DNA of 64,000 nt from Octopus sinensis (lineage: Eukaryota), in assembly GCF_006345805.1 (NCBI RefSeq), contig NC_043000.1, positions 159,464,001 to 159,528,000 of the forward strand, written 5' to 3'. Under the pieces are notes generated by a model. It was not told the DNA's origin, did not search any database, and saw only the letters and a list, made by a program, of their open reading frames with translations. The position numbers and the translations under genes were made by a program. Shown here one piece after another: positions 13,745-27,784 of this stretch. Each line of letters begins with the position of its first letter. Positions within the stretch are counted from its first letter, which is position 1.

Positions 13745-16206
13745 AAGAAGAAGAAGAAGAAGAAGAAGAAGACGACGACGATGACAGAGCAAGTCTGAGG
13801 ACAATAATATCCAAGAGGCGATTTCCCACCCCTCAAAACCAGGCAACTCGAGAACAGAATTCCACAACAGGATGCATTTTAAAATCAAACACAAGACTAA
13901 GTTAATGTCATATCCAAACGGAGATAACAGGATCAAGAGTAGGTCACAGGGTGAATCTATGTGTGTGTGTGTGCGTGTGTGTGCCCGTGCATGCATCGAC
14001 ATGCTTGTGTGTATGATTGTCAAAATCCCGATGATATTCGTTAGCCACTTGATGCGTGAGTATTCCCGGTCATCTTAAATCAGATTTGGTACAGTAGTTA
14101 TATCTATTTCTTATTGATGTTCTGTCGTATATTTTCGTGTTGCTTATTTTCGTATTGTTTTGGCGTATGCATGTCCTATGGTTATTTCTGCCCCTTGGTG
14201 GAATCCTGTATAGGGTAATATATTTAATTATACGGCTATTTGCAAAACTTATTTCGTATATCAACAACAGCTTTCCTTTCCTCTGAATAATACATTTTAT
14301 ACACTGTCTTCTTGTTACATAATGTATGTTGTACCGTCTACGCAACGCTCTCATGATAAATAACTATTAGAAAATTATGAGATCTCACTGCCATCTGTTC
14401 GGAGATAATTTTATTTTACTAGGAGACAGCTGCATCTTAGTCAATGTTAATGTGTTCAGTATGTTGTGTCTATTGACTGATAGTTATTTGAACAGCAGAA
14501 TTCGTACTGTGATATTGGTAGTAGTGACAGCCATGGTTGATGGTACATGTTGTTCTCTTGACCAGGCTGATGACACTAATATTGTACTAGATCTTTTGTA
14601 AGTTAACACCTGACGAAAATTATTGTGGGAAGAAGGTAGTGATTATGTGGACGGAGTGGACGCCAAAGTCGATGATGAGAGAAGTGATGAATACGACGGA
14701 AATACTTGAGCAAACCATAACCAAATAGCTGAGAGCTTTATAATAGCCGTAGAAAAGTCAGACACAATCGACAGCAGACTTGTGGGACAGTGGCCGGAGC
14801 ACGTCTGTGAGTGACCGCATACCAGTCAGGCAGATAGCATTTTTCTAGAAGCGAGAGAACGAAAAATTGCCATTCCAGATGGTCCTGTATAGTGATGGTA
14901 TTTCAGAAGACGGGGTGGGGTTATAAAAAGGAGACTGAGGAGAGAGCGAGTCTCTGCTACAAAGATTGCAATATATTAGGGAGCGAGGCACAAACACCCG
15001 CCGCTCTGCACTATACGCAAACATATGCGAACACAAACAAAAGGGTGCGAGCATAGATGCGCGCGCATACTGGCATACATACAAAGACAGAAAGTGAAAG
15101 TAGATGTACGTATATACATGCAGTGATGCAGAAAAAAATGTGAATACGCAAATTCATATAAATACCTGTATGGACACACTCATATACAAATGTACGAACA
15201 TATATGCGAGCACCAACACATACGCAACAGCATTAACCAATGCATAGAAAATGTGCGTTCACACAGGACCACACATGCGTACAAACAAATAATCATTGAT
15301 CGTGAGCAAATACACACATATGTATACACAGAAAGAAATATGCCCACATTATCATTGTTCAATTCATTAACAAACGTATGAGAGGAAGCAGTTACGATCG
15401 CACACTATCAAAGACACACAAACAGATACTAAGACTAGTTAACAACCACACAAGCACGCACGCACGCAAATACCCAGAAAATCGTACAAGTGCACAAAAC
15501 CAAACACCACCTGAACATTATTGGTTAACACTTCGAGAAATGAACGAGCATGCACACCGACCCATATCCAAATGATCTTAAAATCACACATTGTAATCCG
15601 AGCTTATTCCACAACAGTTCCTTAATCTTTTGCATCTGCTATGTCAACATTCCAATTAAAATTTAAATTCGTCTAATTTTGGAGGTAATTGTTTTCTCAT
15701 CTAAATTACAGAATTAATTAATTGGTTGGTTAAGTTTCACAAACAAACTGATATTTGCTGCAATTCTGCTGTACAAACTCGTTTCTTCCAGAGCGGCAAT
15801 CATTGGAGTATTTTGAATGATGCATTTCTATTTAAGGATGCAATTATGTACGTCGATGGCGTACATTAAAAGATACTGAGAAAGGGGGGGAAGAGAGAGG
15901 GGAAAGAGAGAGAGAGGGGGGGGGAGAAAGAGAGAAAGAAAGGGCAACAGTGAATATGTGAGTACATATATTCACACAGGTATAGATGCGTGTGGCAATT
16001 TATCTTCATGATACAAATAAACATGTAAAAAGATAGGAACCGGGCGTGCACATCTTTATTACTTTTACTTGCTTCAGTGATTGGACTGCGTCGATGCTGG
16101 AGCATCACCTTGAAGCATTTTTTAGTCGAACGAAAGGTACACAGAGAAACAAATGTGTGTAGTATCTGGCGATATATAATATAATATAATATAATAATAT
16201 AATATA

Positions 16207-16261
<55 letters not shown>

Positions 16262-17843
16262 TGCCTCGCGCGCAGCTTTCAACTTTTTATATCCAAAAGT
16301 TTTTTAACTCAATATTTACATGCTATTATCTATAGTTTTAAATGAATCGAATTTCACCATTCCCCAAAAAGAATTACACACATACACACACACACATACA
16401 AGTCAAGTGCGTTCTGCTATATCCCTGGGCCGACTGATGCCTAGTGGGTAAATTAGTTAGACGAAAACTGTGAAGAAGCCCGTCATATGTGTTTCTTCCC
16501 AACTACTGCTTGAGAACGGTGTTGATTTGTTTATGTTTCCATAACTTGTTTAGTGAAAGGGATCGATAGATAAAGAAATTTCAGGATGAGCTTTTTCGAT
16601 GAAACCCATTAAGGTGGTGCACCAGCAGAGCCCCAGTTGAATGAGAGAAGTGTGTGTGTGGTGTGAGAGAGAGAGAGAGAGAGAGAAAGATGGAGAGAGA
16701 GTGAGAGAGAGAGGGAGAGAGAAAGTGAGCGCGTGAGCAGGCATTTGCTTTTAAATGTGAGATGCAGCAAGTCGAGTAGTTTTTATGACTATCACCGTTT
16801 AGATGTGTTACGTGTGTGTGTGTGTGTATCTGTAGCCCTCCATCATGACTGAAAACATCTTAGTCCATGTAGTTGTAAGAGGGTAAACACTCAGTACTAC
16901 CAACAAATATCATCAAGTTTATTAACTTTACAAAATAAGTGAGTGCTACCTTTTCACGTTAGACCCCAGAGTGTTATTTCCTTTTATGAGTTACAGTACG
17001 GAGAGATACGGACTTCTCTCCTTTGACTAGTCTTTCGTATTTGGTAAATTAAGTAGCTAGAACGGCTAATAAAACGTATCTACAATTAGGAAATCTCGAC
17101 ATGACAGGTCAACCTTCTCAAATATATTTTAAAAAGTTTCACTCAAACAATCCACCACTTATTTTAAGAAATGTTTTAAGAAATAAAAGGCAGCATGTTC
17201 TTAGTTACATTATATCTGAAGATAAAAATTGTGTGATTAAAGTCTGTACGATCAGGGTTTATCTGAGGCTAAGCTACAGAATGCACATAAATTGCAATGT
17301 GTGATGGTATGTCTTCTTATAATGAATAAACTGCCACATCTCTGCCAATAGTCTAAGTGCATTTAGAGCACAAGCTATTGAAATATATATGCTCTTCCGA
17401 TTTTCAAACGTAAACATAAAATTTCCCGTATTAAATATCTGGATCTAATAATATAAACCGAAAACATTTTCTGACTCATTGAAGGACTCTCCACTTTAAT
17501 GAGACGCAATGAAACATTCTCCCATGCAGGGAATGGAAATATAGAAACAGTGTGAGTCAGCAGATTTGTCATTGCTTCTTTGTAATTTCTCCTTTTTTAT
17601 GCTGTCTGCGACACATCGACGTTACCAACAGCATTGCGTCAGGTGTCTGAGCAGAACTTTTGTGTTGTGGATAGCCAACAAAACTGATCGAGAATAAAGA
17701 ATATGAGGGCTTTGACGAACAAACTAAGTTATTGGAAGAGATTTAACAGTGCATCTGAGTCTTAACGTTTGTAAGGCTCTGGAGAGGCGTAACAGAAAGA
17801 TGTTCGAGATTAAGACAGATGTAGTTTTTGATAGTGTCAATAA

Positions 17844-18047
17844 TATTGGGTTGTCCGGAAAGTTCGTGCCGATTTATAGTAGGTTACCTTTCGACTTACC
17901 CTCCCAGGCACCCCAATTCTGGGAAGATGGTTTTCAAGTTAAAGGAAAGATGGAGACGTATTGGTTGATTAAAATGTAATGGCAAGTATTTATTGACCTT
18001 TTTTCTTTCCTTTAAAACTCAGCACGAACTTTCCGGACAACCCAATA
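17844..18047 (+). mobile_element. Mariner-derived MITE (~200 bp)
   Basis: TIRs TATTGGGTTGTCCGGAAAGTTCGTGC / GCACGAACTTTCCGGACAACCCAATA with flanking TA. The interior encodes a mariner C-terminus-like GRW...KDGDVLVD*. Confidence 0.8.
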
Positions 18048-18622
18048 TTATAAGTAGGGAACTATTGGATAGAATTAAATTATCAGGTTTCAAAATAAAA
18101 CCGTTTGCAAGGGATCTATCCATTGAAAAACATTGCGTAAAGTGACCACATTTGGGGGATTTATGAGACTTGGAGATTAGTATAATCTACACAGGAATCT
18201 AAGCAGTAATAAATGATTGCAAAGTAGGTTATTCCACGAACAGATTACAAATGTAAAGAAAGCAGAACATAAGGGATGAAGGTGGCGCTATTACGATTGT
18301 TTCTATTAGCTTTTAGCCGTTGGGTCTGTGGGTGAAAGTGAGACAATTTTGTGGATCACACTGGAGAAAGAAAACACCATCGTTTTGAAGAGATTTGTAA
18401 AAAAGTGAGATTGAAAAGTTGCGTCAAAATACGAGTTACGTATAAAGTATAATGTTTTATAGGCAACGGTAGAAAATATAACGTTGTTGAGTTAAAGGGA
18501 AGACGTACAACGCTGAGAATGATTAAAATCCTTTCTTTATTTCGAGTCGACTATCGAAAGGGAAAAACACAATACTGTCAGGTATTAAAATTCTTTTACA
18601 TGCCTCATATATCTCATGATGT

Positions 18623-18673
<51 letters not shown>

Positions 18674-18675
<2 letters not shown>

Positions 18676-19247
18676 GGTACTGAAACCTATTTGAAAATGA
18701 TACGGGAAGTGCAAAAAATCGTGTTAACTGGAACGGCTCATGTACTGAGAAGAGCATTATCGCTGTGAAAACAACATCCATTCATGAATTTATTTATTTA
18801 TTAATTTTTTTAAAATACATATTTTTACCTGTGAATTTGCGTGTGTAATCTGGGAATGCATACAATGAGCTTCTCTGCCCTAGGTGTACGGAAAACAGTC
18901 AGCGAGAAACGGAAGAAAATTTGAAGAAAAAAGGGAATAATAATAATAATAATAATAATAAAGGTACTGAAACCTATTTGAAAATGATACGGGAAGTGCA
19001 AAAAATCGTGTTAACTGGAACGGCTCATGTACTGAGAAGAGCATTATCGCTGTGAAAACAACATCCATTCATGAATTTATTTATTTATTAATTTTTTTAA
19101 AATACATATTTTTACCTGTGAATTTGCGTGTGTAATCTGGGAATGCATACAATGAGCTTCTCTGCCCTAGGTGTACGGAAAACAGTCAGCGAGAAACGGA
19201 AGAAAATTTGAAGAAAAAAGGGAATAATAATAATAATAATAATAATA
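18674..19247 (+). mobile_element. Two tandem identical 287-bp copies of an R4/Dong-like LINE 3' end in (AAT)n
   Basis: Each unit encodes KGTETYLKMIREVQKIVLTGTAHVLRRALSL* (RLE-type non-LTR C-terminus), then a UTR and (AAT)n. Period is 287 bp (18676 to 18963). Confidence 0.75.
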
Positions 19248-19703
19248 AAAGGGTGTGTGGCAGCTTGCTATGTGTTATTTTACACAGCTATGAAGACAGC
19301 ACGACCAGTGCTACCGGAAATAGTGGCATTGATAAGGTATCTTTTTCTTTTACTTCTGGGAGCAAAGAAGGTGGATGAATGAATTTTATCATCTAATTGA
19401 TCTGGTTTTACGTTATGTATGAAAGAAAGAATATGTGACATGTGCAATATATAGTGTTAATTTAAAGCATACATACGATTGTGATGTTGAAAAAAAATGT
19501 TATCACCGCTAGAAAGTGGTACAACTTCAATTCAAGTCATTATCATTTGTTCCAGTTTGGGAAATGGGATTTAAGTTTTACTTTTTCAGTGATAATTAGG
19601 AACAAAATCAAGTCAAGTATGTCCAATCATGTACTGATGCTGGCTACAGGAAGGTTTTTGAAGGAATTTCACAGAACTCTGATGTTGTAATAAAGATTTA
19701 TGA

Positions 19704-19735
19704 CCAGCAGACATACCCGGCCTTGCACCGGGATA
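19704..19735 (-). mobile_element. Helitron 3' terminus
   Basis: Minus strand reads CCCGG-TGCAAGG-CCGGG hairpin followed by TATGTCTG-CTGG-T (CTRR end). Confidence 0.55.
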
Positions 19736-19854
19736 AAATGGCATAGGTTTGTATTTTTGTTTACTTCTTTTAGTCATGTGACTAAGGCCATGCTAGAGCA
19801 TGGCATTAGGTCGAAAAAATGGACATCAGGCTTTGTTATTTGTTAGCCTGGTAC

Positions 19855-19893
19855 ATATATATATATACATATATGTATATATATATATGTATA

Positions 19894-19944
<51 letters not shown>

Positions 19945-20665
19945 ACGTATATAAATATGCATATATATATATACATATATAAATATGCATATATATATAT
20001 ACATATATAAATATGCATATATATATATACATATATAATATGCATTTATATATACGTATATAAATATGTATATATATAATATAAATATGTATATATATAT
20101 ATATATATATAAATATGTATATATATATATATAAATATGTATATATTATATATATAAATATGTAATATATATATATATATATAAATATGTATATATATAT
20201 ATATAATATGTATATATATATATACATATATAAATACGTATCTATATATACATATATAAATATGTATATTATATATATATACATATATAAATATGTATCT
20301 ATATATACATATATAAATATGTATATAATATATATATATATATATATATACGTACAAATATATACATATATACCTATATATATATAATACGTATAAATAT
20401 ATACATATATACACATATACGTATATATACATATATATTTATACATGTATATCTACATATATACACACATACATATATATGTATATTTATACACACTAAT
20501 ATATATGTTTATATATACAAGTACATATATATCCACATATATACATATACATATAAATATACACACACATACATATATATTTATATATACATACATACGT
20601 ATACAAACACGTATATAAACACATATTGAAAGTAAGAGAAATGAAACTAATATATATATAGATAC
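19855..20665. repeat. ~800-bp AT-rich compound microsatellite
   Basis: TA-dominated tract with short higher-order units such as CATATATAAATATGCATATATATATATA. Confidence 0.95.
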
Positions 20666-20669
20666 ATAA

Positions 20670-20873
20670 TGTTTCACTTTTCGCCTTTCATACGGAAGCA
20701 GTGTAAGAGAGAAGAGATTGCTCCAGTCTCGTTTTAGGCAAGATGTTGAATTATTATTTTTTTTAGCCCACGACTCTGCATGGACCCTAGTTAAATTTGA
20801 ATGAAATCCGTTGGGTAGATCTCGAGTCTTAGTTATGCAGATATACGTACAGACAGACAGACACTCTCAATCT

Positions 20874-20913
<40 letters not shown>

Positions 20914-20917
20914 TAGA
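20670..20917 (-). mobile_element. Helitron 5' portion, same family as 33883-34150
   Basis: Minus strand starts TCTATATATA and shares ATTTCATTCAAATT, CCATG..TGGGC.AAAAAAA, TTCAAC.TCTTGCCTA and AAAAGTGAAACA with 33883-34150. It may pair with the 3' end at 19704. Confidence 0.65.
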
Positions 20918-21143
20918 TACCGACTCCTAAGTAATCAAAAGTGTGTTTTAGACAAAACAGTAACTTTCCTTAAAATTTCTCTTTCATTAACCATGAAACA
21001 GAAGGCAAGGGTTGTATGAATGCGCGTGCCAATATACAAATATATATCTATGCGTCTGTGTGCGTAAGAAAGAGAGAGAAAGAAAAAGAGAGAGAAAGAG
21101 ATATAGTGTGGTGTACGTGCGTACGCGTGTGTGTACGCATATG

Positions 21144-21414
21144 TATTATATAAAATCCGTTCTGTGTGTGTGTGTTCTAGGATCTCGGACATCCTCCATC
21201 CGATTGCGCTCAAATTTGATATGTAGGTACCGATGGTATCAGGGCGTGTATAAGTCTTGAAAAATTAGAAAAATCGATTCCAGGTGAGAATGCGATTGAT
21301 AAAGCCGTGGGAACGTGCATTTGTACGCACAGGTACATCAGCTGTTGCGATCGATACTACGCGTAAGCGAGAAAAATGCACGTGCAGCTTGCGCAAAAAA
21401 AGCTGGCTGGCTAG
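21144..21414 (+). mobile_element. Probable non-autonomous Helitron-like element
   Basis: 5' TATATAAAATCCGTTCTGTGTGTG is also found at ~8505-8530. The 3' end has a CAGCTT/AAGCTG hairpin and then CTAG. Confidence 0.45.
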
Positions 21415-22056
21415 AAATAATGCCATAAAATGCAGTATATTTAAGAGACCAAAAAGGTAAGATGCAAAAGAGATATTTTCTTCAAAATTGGCATGAAGGA
21501 AGGAAAGACTACTTGGTTTCTCAAGAAGCTTTGTTTTTTTGCTATAACTTCGTTTAACAACACCAACATTTTTATTGAAATAAAGGCATGCTTAATTATT
21601 TTTTAATGAAAAGGAAATACTGATTGCTTTTTATTCAGCAGATATAATTCAGCACGGTCCATTGGACGGGGGATGTTTTGCACGTATATAATATGTCTGT
21701 CCGTCAACTGTAAGACATATTGAATATTCATATACTGTCCCTGAGAAAATTTTTGCAGAAATATCCGTAGGTGAATTTGATCTCAGTAAGTCAAGCTAAG
21801 CACACCATTATTAATCACTAAATATTTACGCTGACGCTAGTAGAATCCATGACACCCATTTATATTTATGTATAAATACAATTTAAAAGCTGAGCATCGT
21901 TAGCATAGCCACAACATATTACCTGTAAAAGAAACACCTTTATATAGGTACTCTTACACCCTGTCAATGTAAACAGTTAATCTGTACACTCGTAATATGT
22001 ACACACGTAGATGCATGTAGGAATAGGGGACAGGGCATTCCGCACCTACATACACA

Positions 22057-22093
<37 letters not shown>

Positions 22094-22724
22094 TGCGTGC
22101 TCTAAGACACACTGAAAACAACTTTAGCAATTTCAATAGATTGTCATCATCCATCCAAAGAAATTGAAATGTATACATTTGTTGAGCAAAAATGCAGCAT
22201 ATGATACAAAATTTGTGAAACCTAACCAGGCACTTAATTAATGGTGTAATTGATATAAGAAAATAATTGCCCCTACTCAATTTGGAGAGATTTTTAATTG
22301 GAATATTCACACAGCAGATACAAAGCACTGCTTAGTGATGTGAATAAATTACAAGAGTTGAGTATATTCTAAATAACAGCTGCTATTTAACTTCCCGAGG
22401 TCTGAAATGACGAAAGGTACAAATTATTAATAATACAGGTGGAATTCAAACTTAAAGTGGAGAATAAAAATTAAAATTAGAAAAATAGAATTAATTCTTC
22501 AGTCAACAGATTTGCATTAAGTCATCGATCCTCATAGCGTAATCTCTTGAGTAATACTAAAATTCAGATTCAGCGAGTATATTCAGGGATTTCTAGTAAA
22601 AACTGTTCATTTTGATCAGAAATAACAGAGTTGTAAAAACAGGGAATTTGTTCATAGTTATATAAAAACGGAAGAGAAACGTCTCGCCTCACCATTCACA
22701 AGAGATGGACAATAAGAAAATATC

Positions 22725-23105
22725 GGTGTGATAAGAAAATTGCTTCCCAACCACATGGTTCTGAGTTCAGTCCCACTGCGTGGCACCATGGACAAGTGTC
22801 TTCTACTATAGTTTCAAGCCAACCAAAACCTTGTGGGTGAATGTAGTAGATGGAAACTGAAGGAAAGCCGTCATGTGTGTTTGTGTGTGCGCGCGTGCAT
22901 ATGTGTTTATCCCTCATCTCCACTTGACAACCGGTGATGTGTTTGCGTCCCCGTGACTAAGCGGTTTGCGCGAGGAGGGCCGATGGAGTAAGTGCTATGC
23001 TTGGAAAATATTTCCTGGGGTCGATTTGTTCCACTAAAACCCTTCAAGGCGGTGCTCAAGCATAGCCGCTGCCAAATGACGGAAACAAATAAAAGAATGA
23101 AAGAG
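22725..23105 (+). mobile_element. tRNA-derived SINE family B, near full length
   Basis: tRNA-like head, GTAGATGGAAACTGAAGGAAAGCC core, internal GT repeat and GAAACAAATAAAAGAATG tail. Confidence 0.8.
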
Positions 23106-24529
23106 CATATACATCAGTTAGATAGAAAGAACGAAGATTATACTGAAGTGACACTGGAGTAACTCTTTCGTGGGCTCATACGAGCAATTGCTGCTAGAAA
23201 TGGTACGAAGATAAGAAACTTTATTAGCACATATGTTGTAGCAATGCCCCCGCTGAATGAGGGCTTACCCTTTTTTCTTCTTGTTAGAAAGACCAGGTCA
23301 AACGAAGAGAGTTGAATAGAAAAAGTGCAATTTGCTAAATGTGCGTTTACACCGGTGCATATAAGTGTGTGTGTGTGCGTGTGTGTGCGTGTGTGTGCGT
23401 GTATGTGTGTGTGTGTGCACATACACAGAGAAACGTACATAGTACACACTAAGAACAGAAAATTGTACGCACTTGCCCTCACAAAGTTTGAAACGCACAC
23501 ACTCCCAGGTGCACACAGGTTCTCTATCAGCATACAGAGAAACACGATATGCGAAATGAGATAAAAGTGTGCACACAACTAGTATCCAAACTCGAAGACA
23601 TGTAGCTACTATATCTATCAGAAACTGAGGTAACTCCTGTTCTTTTGTAGTGTCAGAAGTCAATAGAGAAACAATTTCAACACTGATATCTGTTCCATCT
23701 TCGATGGAAGATACAGCTGAAGTCGTTTGATATTTCATCTTTTTACGTCAAGTTAACATGCCTCACATTTTGGCTAAGACTAACGAGAAATGCACGCAAT
23801 TTTCTAATACTAGGATCTTGTACACGTTCTCGTATCACAAAATACCACAAAGACACTGATGTCATAGGAATTTGCATCGAAAAATAAAGCATTAGTGAAA
23901 CCTAAGGAAACAGAACTTTGAAAATGATATTGAATCCTACGACGATGAATATAGCGCAGACAAAAATAATATCAATATTACGAGTAAAGTTTCTTGCAAA
24001 AGCTCGTTAAGTCTAACTGCTGACGTCTAGTCTCCTTTGCCTGTCATTAATATTTAAAGCAAATTTCTCACTCATACGAAGATACAAATTGACAGCACTA
24101 GAATACATGAGATTGTACAACTTCTACTAATTTCTAGGCATTTATTTGAAGTTGGTGCAAAGAACAGGCGAAGATGTTTTGAGATGAAAAGTTGAAATTA
24201 GAATGTAAAGAGACAGAATCAAATATTGCAGGTATTTTGACCAGTTTTCTACTGAATCTACGCTTTAGTATTAACATCTGCTATCATTATGAAACTGTGT
24301 GTGTGTGTGTGTGTTACATGTATGAGTATATAATAATATCGTAACAATATTCGTTTCCCTTCCTTATTCCCGTCGATATAGAGAGCCCTATATATATATA
24401 TATATATATTTCCGTGCATAAAATCAAAACCTTCGACAATGTACGGGCATTTTCTTGCACTGCATCGATTTACAGGAATAAAAAGTATTTATGTGTCAAA
24501 GAGTAGCAAAGAAACGTACTATTAAAAGC

Positions 24530-24900
24530 TCACTACAAATGCGCCGGTCATACGGTAAATTAAAAATGGATGCGATGTAAATGTTCGCCACGTCTTTTCG
24601 ACGTTGTAAGGAGAGCTTCCACTCAGTTTCTGAGTGAACTTGTCCTCCCTATTCGTCACTATATCCTTAGTGAGATTGTTCTCCCTATTTGTCACCCCAT
24701 CCCACTTCTTTATCACTTGAAGATCGGGGCCACACCAGAACCCAAGCAATTTAATTAGTCCGTCCAGCACCCCATGTCGTTGTTACACGGCATCTATCTC
24801 TTTCTCCAGATATCGAGAAGTGCCGCACTGATTCTTATTGGTTGATTTTGCGTGTGTCACCGCTTAGAGCGGCGCTGATCACCTCGATGGGCCTGATTCT
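24530..24900 (-). pseudogene. Tx1/L1-clade LINE reverse transcriptase fragment
   Basis: Minus strand gives KINQ*ESV...LDGLIKLLGFWCGPDLQVIKKWDGVTNR...IYRMT, matching the Tx1-type KIN.EKSV...KLLGVWFGPDLQ.EKNW.EVT.R motif. Confidence 0.65.
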
Positions 24901-25644
24901 AGTTTCCGTAGTAGTAACTCAAGAGTCAATTCATACAGAAGAATTAAGAGTGGACAGACTTGACGGAATGGGAGCTTCATGCTGAATGGTTCTCATACAT
25001 GGCAAATTACACTAACCACTAAATAGATGTCACTGTAAATTAAGACAATCAAATTGTGGAAGATGGGACCGAAATCGGCTACCATGAGAACAGTCACGCA
25101 TTATCAGTGACGGACCCTATAGAAAGCTCTCGATTCATGTAAGGTGGTAAGCTTCTAGCTGAGCCAACTTTCTTACAGATAAGGTAGAGTTTGTCCTGGA
25201 TATTTCAGGATTGGATAATTTCATAGGAGCTTCATTAATTCTCAACTCGCAGATCTGGGAACTTCCTGTTCTGCTGCCAGTTTGGATATATAACTCTTAA
25301 TATGTCATTAAAGTAGTCTGGCATACAAAAATAACCTTGAAACCATTCAAAGTAGGCAATTTTTACAGCCAATCTTTACTCCCAGTATTTTCAGCATTTG
25401 GCAATACAGCGATGATGTTACCAGGAGTCGCAGTAAGTCATATAGGTAACCAGTGTAATCCATACTGCTTTCCGGCTTACAATTTTCCCCGAACAGTTGA
25501 GCAAAGGACTACTAATAAATTGCACACATCTGCACCCATCACGGTCAGCCAAAGAAGCGAATTGTGACTTCATTGTCATCCTGCATCCCTACACTCAAAC
25601 CCATTGAAAAGCTTTCGTCCCTTCGTTTCATAGAGTACACGTCT

Positions 25645-26092
25645 AATAATAATAAAAATACTGGTTTCTAATTATGGCACACAGCCAGCAATTTTAGTAG
25701 CAGGCGGTTACTCAATTACATTGAGCACAGTGTTTAAATGATGCTTAATTAATCGATCCCGAAAGGGTAAAATGTAAAATAGTGCTCGATGGCATCTGAT
25801 ATCAGAAAGTAAAGAGCTGGAAGTAATTTTGCAAAGCATTTCTTCTGGTGAGATTACGATTCTGCTCTTCGCCGTTTTGACAGGAATAAATATCCTTTCT
25901 ACGAAAGGCACAGGGCCTGAAATTTTGAAGGGAGGGTGCTAGTTGACTAAATCGAGCCCCGTGCTCAACTGGTACTTATTTCAGTGAGCACGAAAATACG
26001 AAAGGTGAATTCGATCTCAGAACAAAAAGAGCTGGAAGAAATGTTGCAAAGGATTTTGTCTGACGCGCTAACAATTATGCCAGCTAGACGCC
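25645..26092 (-). mobile_element. Two diverged family-A SINE copies
   Basis: CCCGAAAGG, ACTGGTACTTATTT and GCCAGCTAGACGCC motifs with AAT tails. Confidence 0.6.
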
Positions 26093-26403
26093 TTGAATAA
26101 TAACAACAACAATGATATGCAACAGTTTAGAGTCGATGAATGAAAACTAGTAGTAGGGAGTCTTGTAAAGAAAAAAAGAAAACGTTTAGTCAATGGTATG
26201 CGAGCAAGAAACGAAATATATATTATTAGATATGGTATGTGGATTATTTAACTAAACGCAGCTGAAAATTGCTGCCAGATGTAATAATATCGCAGTGATT
26301 CTTACATACCTGTGAGAGTTTGTATGTGTTATGAATGAATACATATATATGCCTCCACTTGTCCGCAATGAGTAGCTACGCACGCACGCAGACACGCACA
26401 CAC

Positions 26404-27480
26404 ACAGGGTGTGAGGGGTATTTAAGGACAATTATCAGTATATTACTCCCTTCAAACCAATTAAAAGGTTTTTGTTCCTTTCAGATGCCTCTTGCTGAGA
26501 AAATGCTAATGCAAGAATTAAAAAGACATGCACTTATTGTATGTGCGGAACATAGCTATCTACTAAATGTGAACTTTATAAATGTTGCAAGATCTTTTGA
26601 ATACAGAGTTCAAATGGAACATTGGAAACCTCTGGCAGGAATATTTCCAGTATATGAAAGAGAGAAAAAACAACAACATTGTAATCAATAACAAAGCACC
26701 ACAATTCTTCCAACGGGGTCAAACTACCATCGATGATGATCGAAGAGAATCAATAAGAACCATCGCCAAAGAAATTCAGCTGCTGGAGTGAACTACCAGA
26801 GATGTGGTGCACGAGGACATATGATACAAGTCTTATGTGCTGAAGAGTGACATAGATAAAGTGTTTTAGCCGTGCCAAGCGGTTACTTAGGGCTAAAAAC
26901 GCTAACAAACCTTGTAATCTTTAGGTCTTACTTCATAATATAAACTTCTACCAAAACAAGAAGTCTAATAGGGGAAATGACATAGGCTGTACAGATCCTT
27001 CCGCTGCTCGATAGTGATACACACAAAGTTTCTAGCAACTGTGGTGGCTTTAGGAATGGTAACTAAGAGCACGTCATGCCATCTCATAACTTTCTACACG
27101 ATCTTAGAATTATTGCTACTGGGTAAGTTGAAATGCTGGAGATAATTAAGTCCCGGACAGATGAAGTACGCAATAGGTAGTCATAGATGTTTGAACAAAA
27201 CTCATCGCCTTCTTACAAGCCCACGCAACCGAAGAATGGATATCATACAATCTTTACCATCATAGAACACCAAATTTCTGACCTCCAAACTCCCCAGATT
27301 TAAATTCCACGGAAAACCTGATTTGAGACGATGCTGAAAGAAAGACTACTCAACATCCTCACAATTATATAGCGTCACTGATAGCTACGATTGTCCAGCT
27401 GATGTCTCAAGTGAATAAGAAATATATAGCGCAAGTACCGCATTGAAGTAATCACTGAAGACAAACAGTTGACAAACACA
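26404..27480 (+). pseudogene. Decayed Tc1/mariner (maT/DD37D-like) transposon
   Basis: ATG at 26485 gives MPLAEKMLMQELKRHALIV. Further on: IDDDRRESIRTIAKE, VVHEDI*YKSYV, and C-terminal TPNF*PPNSPDLNS..QHPHN..YRIEVI. Many stops and frameshifts. Confidence 0.75.
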
Positions 27481-27784
27481 CGAACACCTTATACAGAAAG
27501 CTTAGATTGCGACGATATAAAAAGGAAACAATGCAGCGGTGTTCTAATGCCTTCTTATAACCGGTACAGAAACTTAAGGCATTAAATTCCACGCTTCATA
27601 CATCCCCTACAAGCATATACCTTAACGTATGGTCAAGATGTGGAGCAATACTCATGACATATACATTTAAGAGATGATTGCACGAGGGTGGGGTGAGGGG
27701 AAAGTACTATCAAGCTGAAGATCTGGCTAGAGTAACAGAATCTACACAAGATGCTATGTGATCAGCTGAGTAATTGATCAAATA

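Noticed and set aside
13409-14023. 204-aa minus-strand ORF
   Set aside because: It runs through a CA repeat, a (TTC)n tract and a SINE, has no real start context and shows no domain similarity.
17938-17979. VKGKMETYWL resembles the C-terminal motif of guanylate/adenylate cyclase catalytic domains
   Set aside because: It lies inside a TA-flanked mariner MITE, and another frame gives the mariner C-terminus KDGDVLVD*. No other cyclase motifs or splice context were found.
18276-18335. MKVALLRLFLLAFSRWVCG signal-peptide-like ORF
   Set aside because: It stops after 19 codons, has no clear splice donor and no supporting context.
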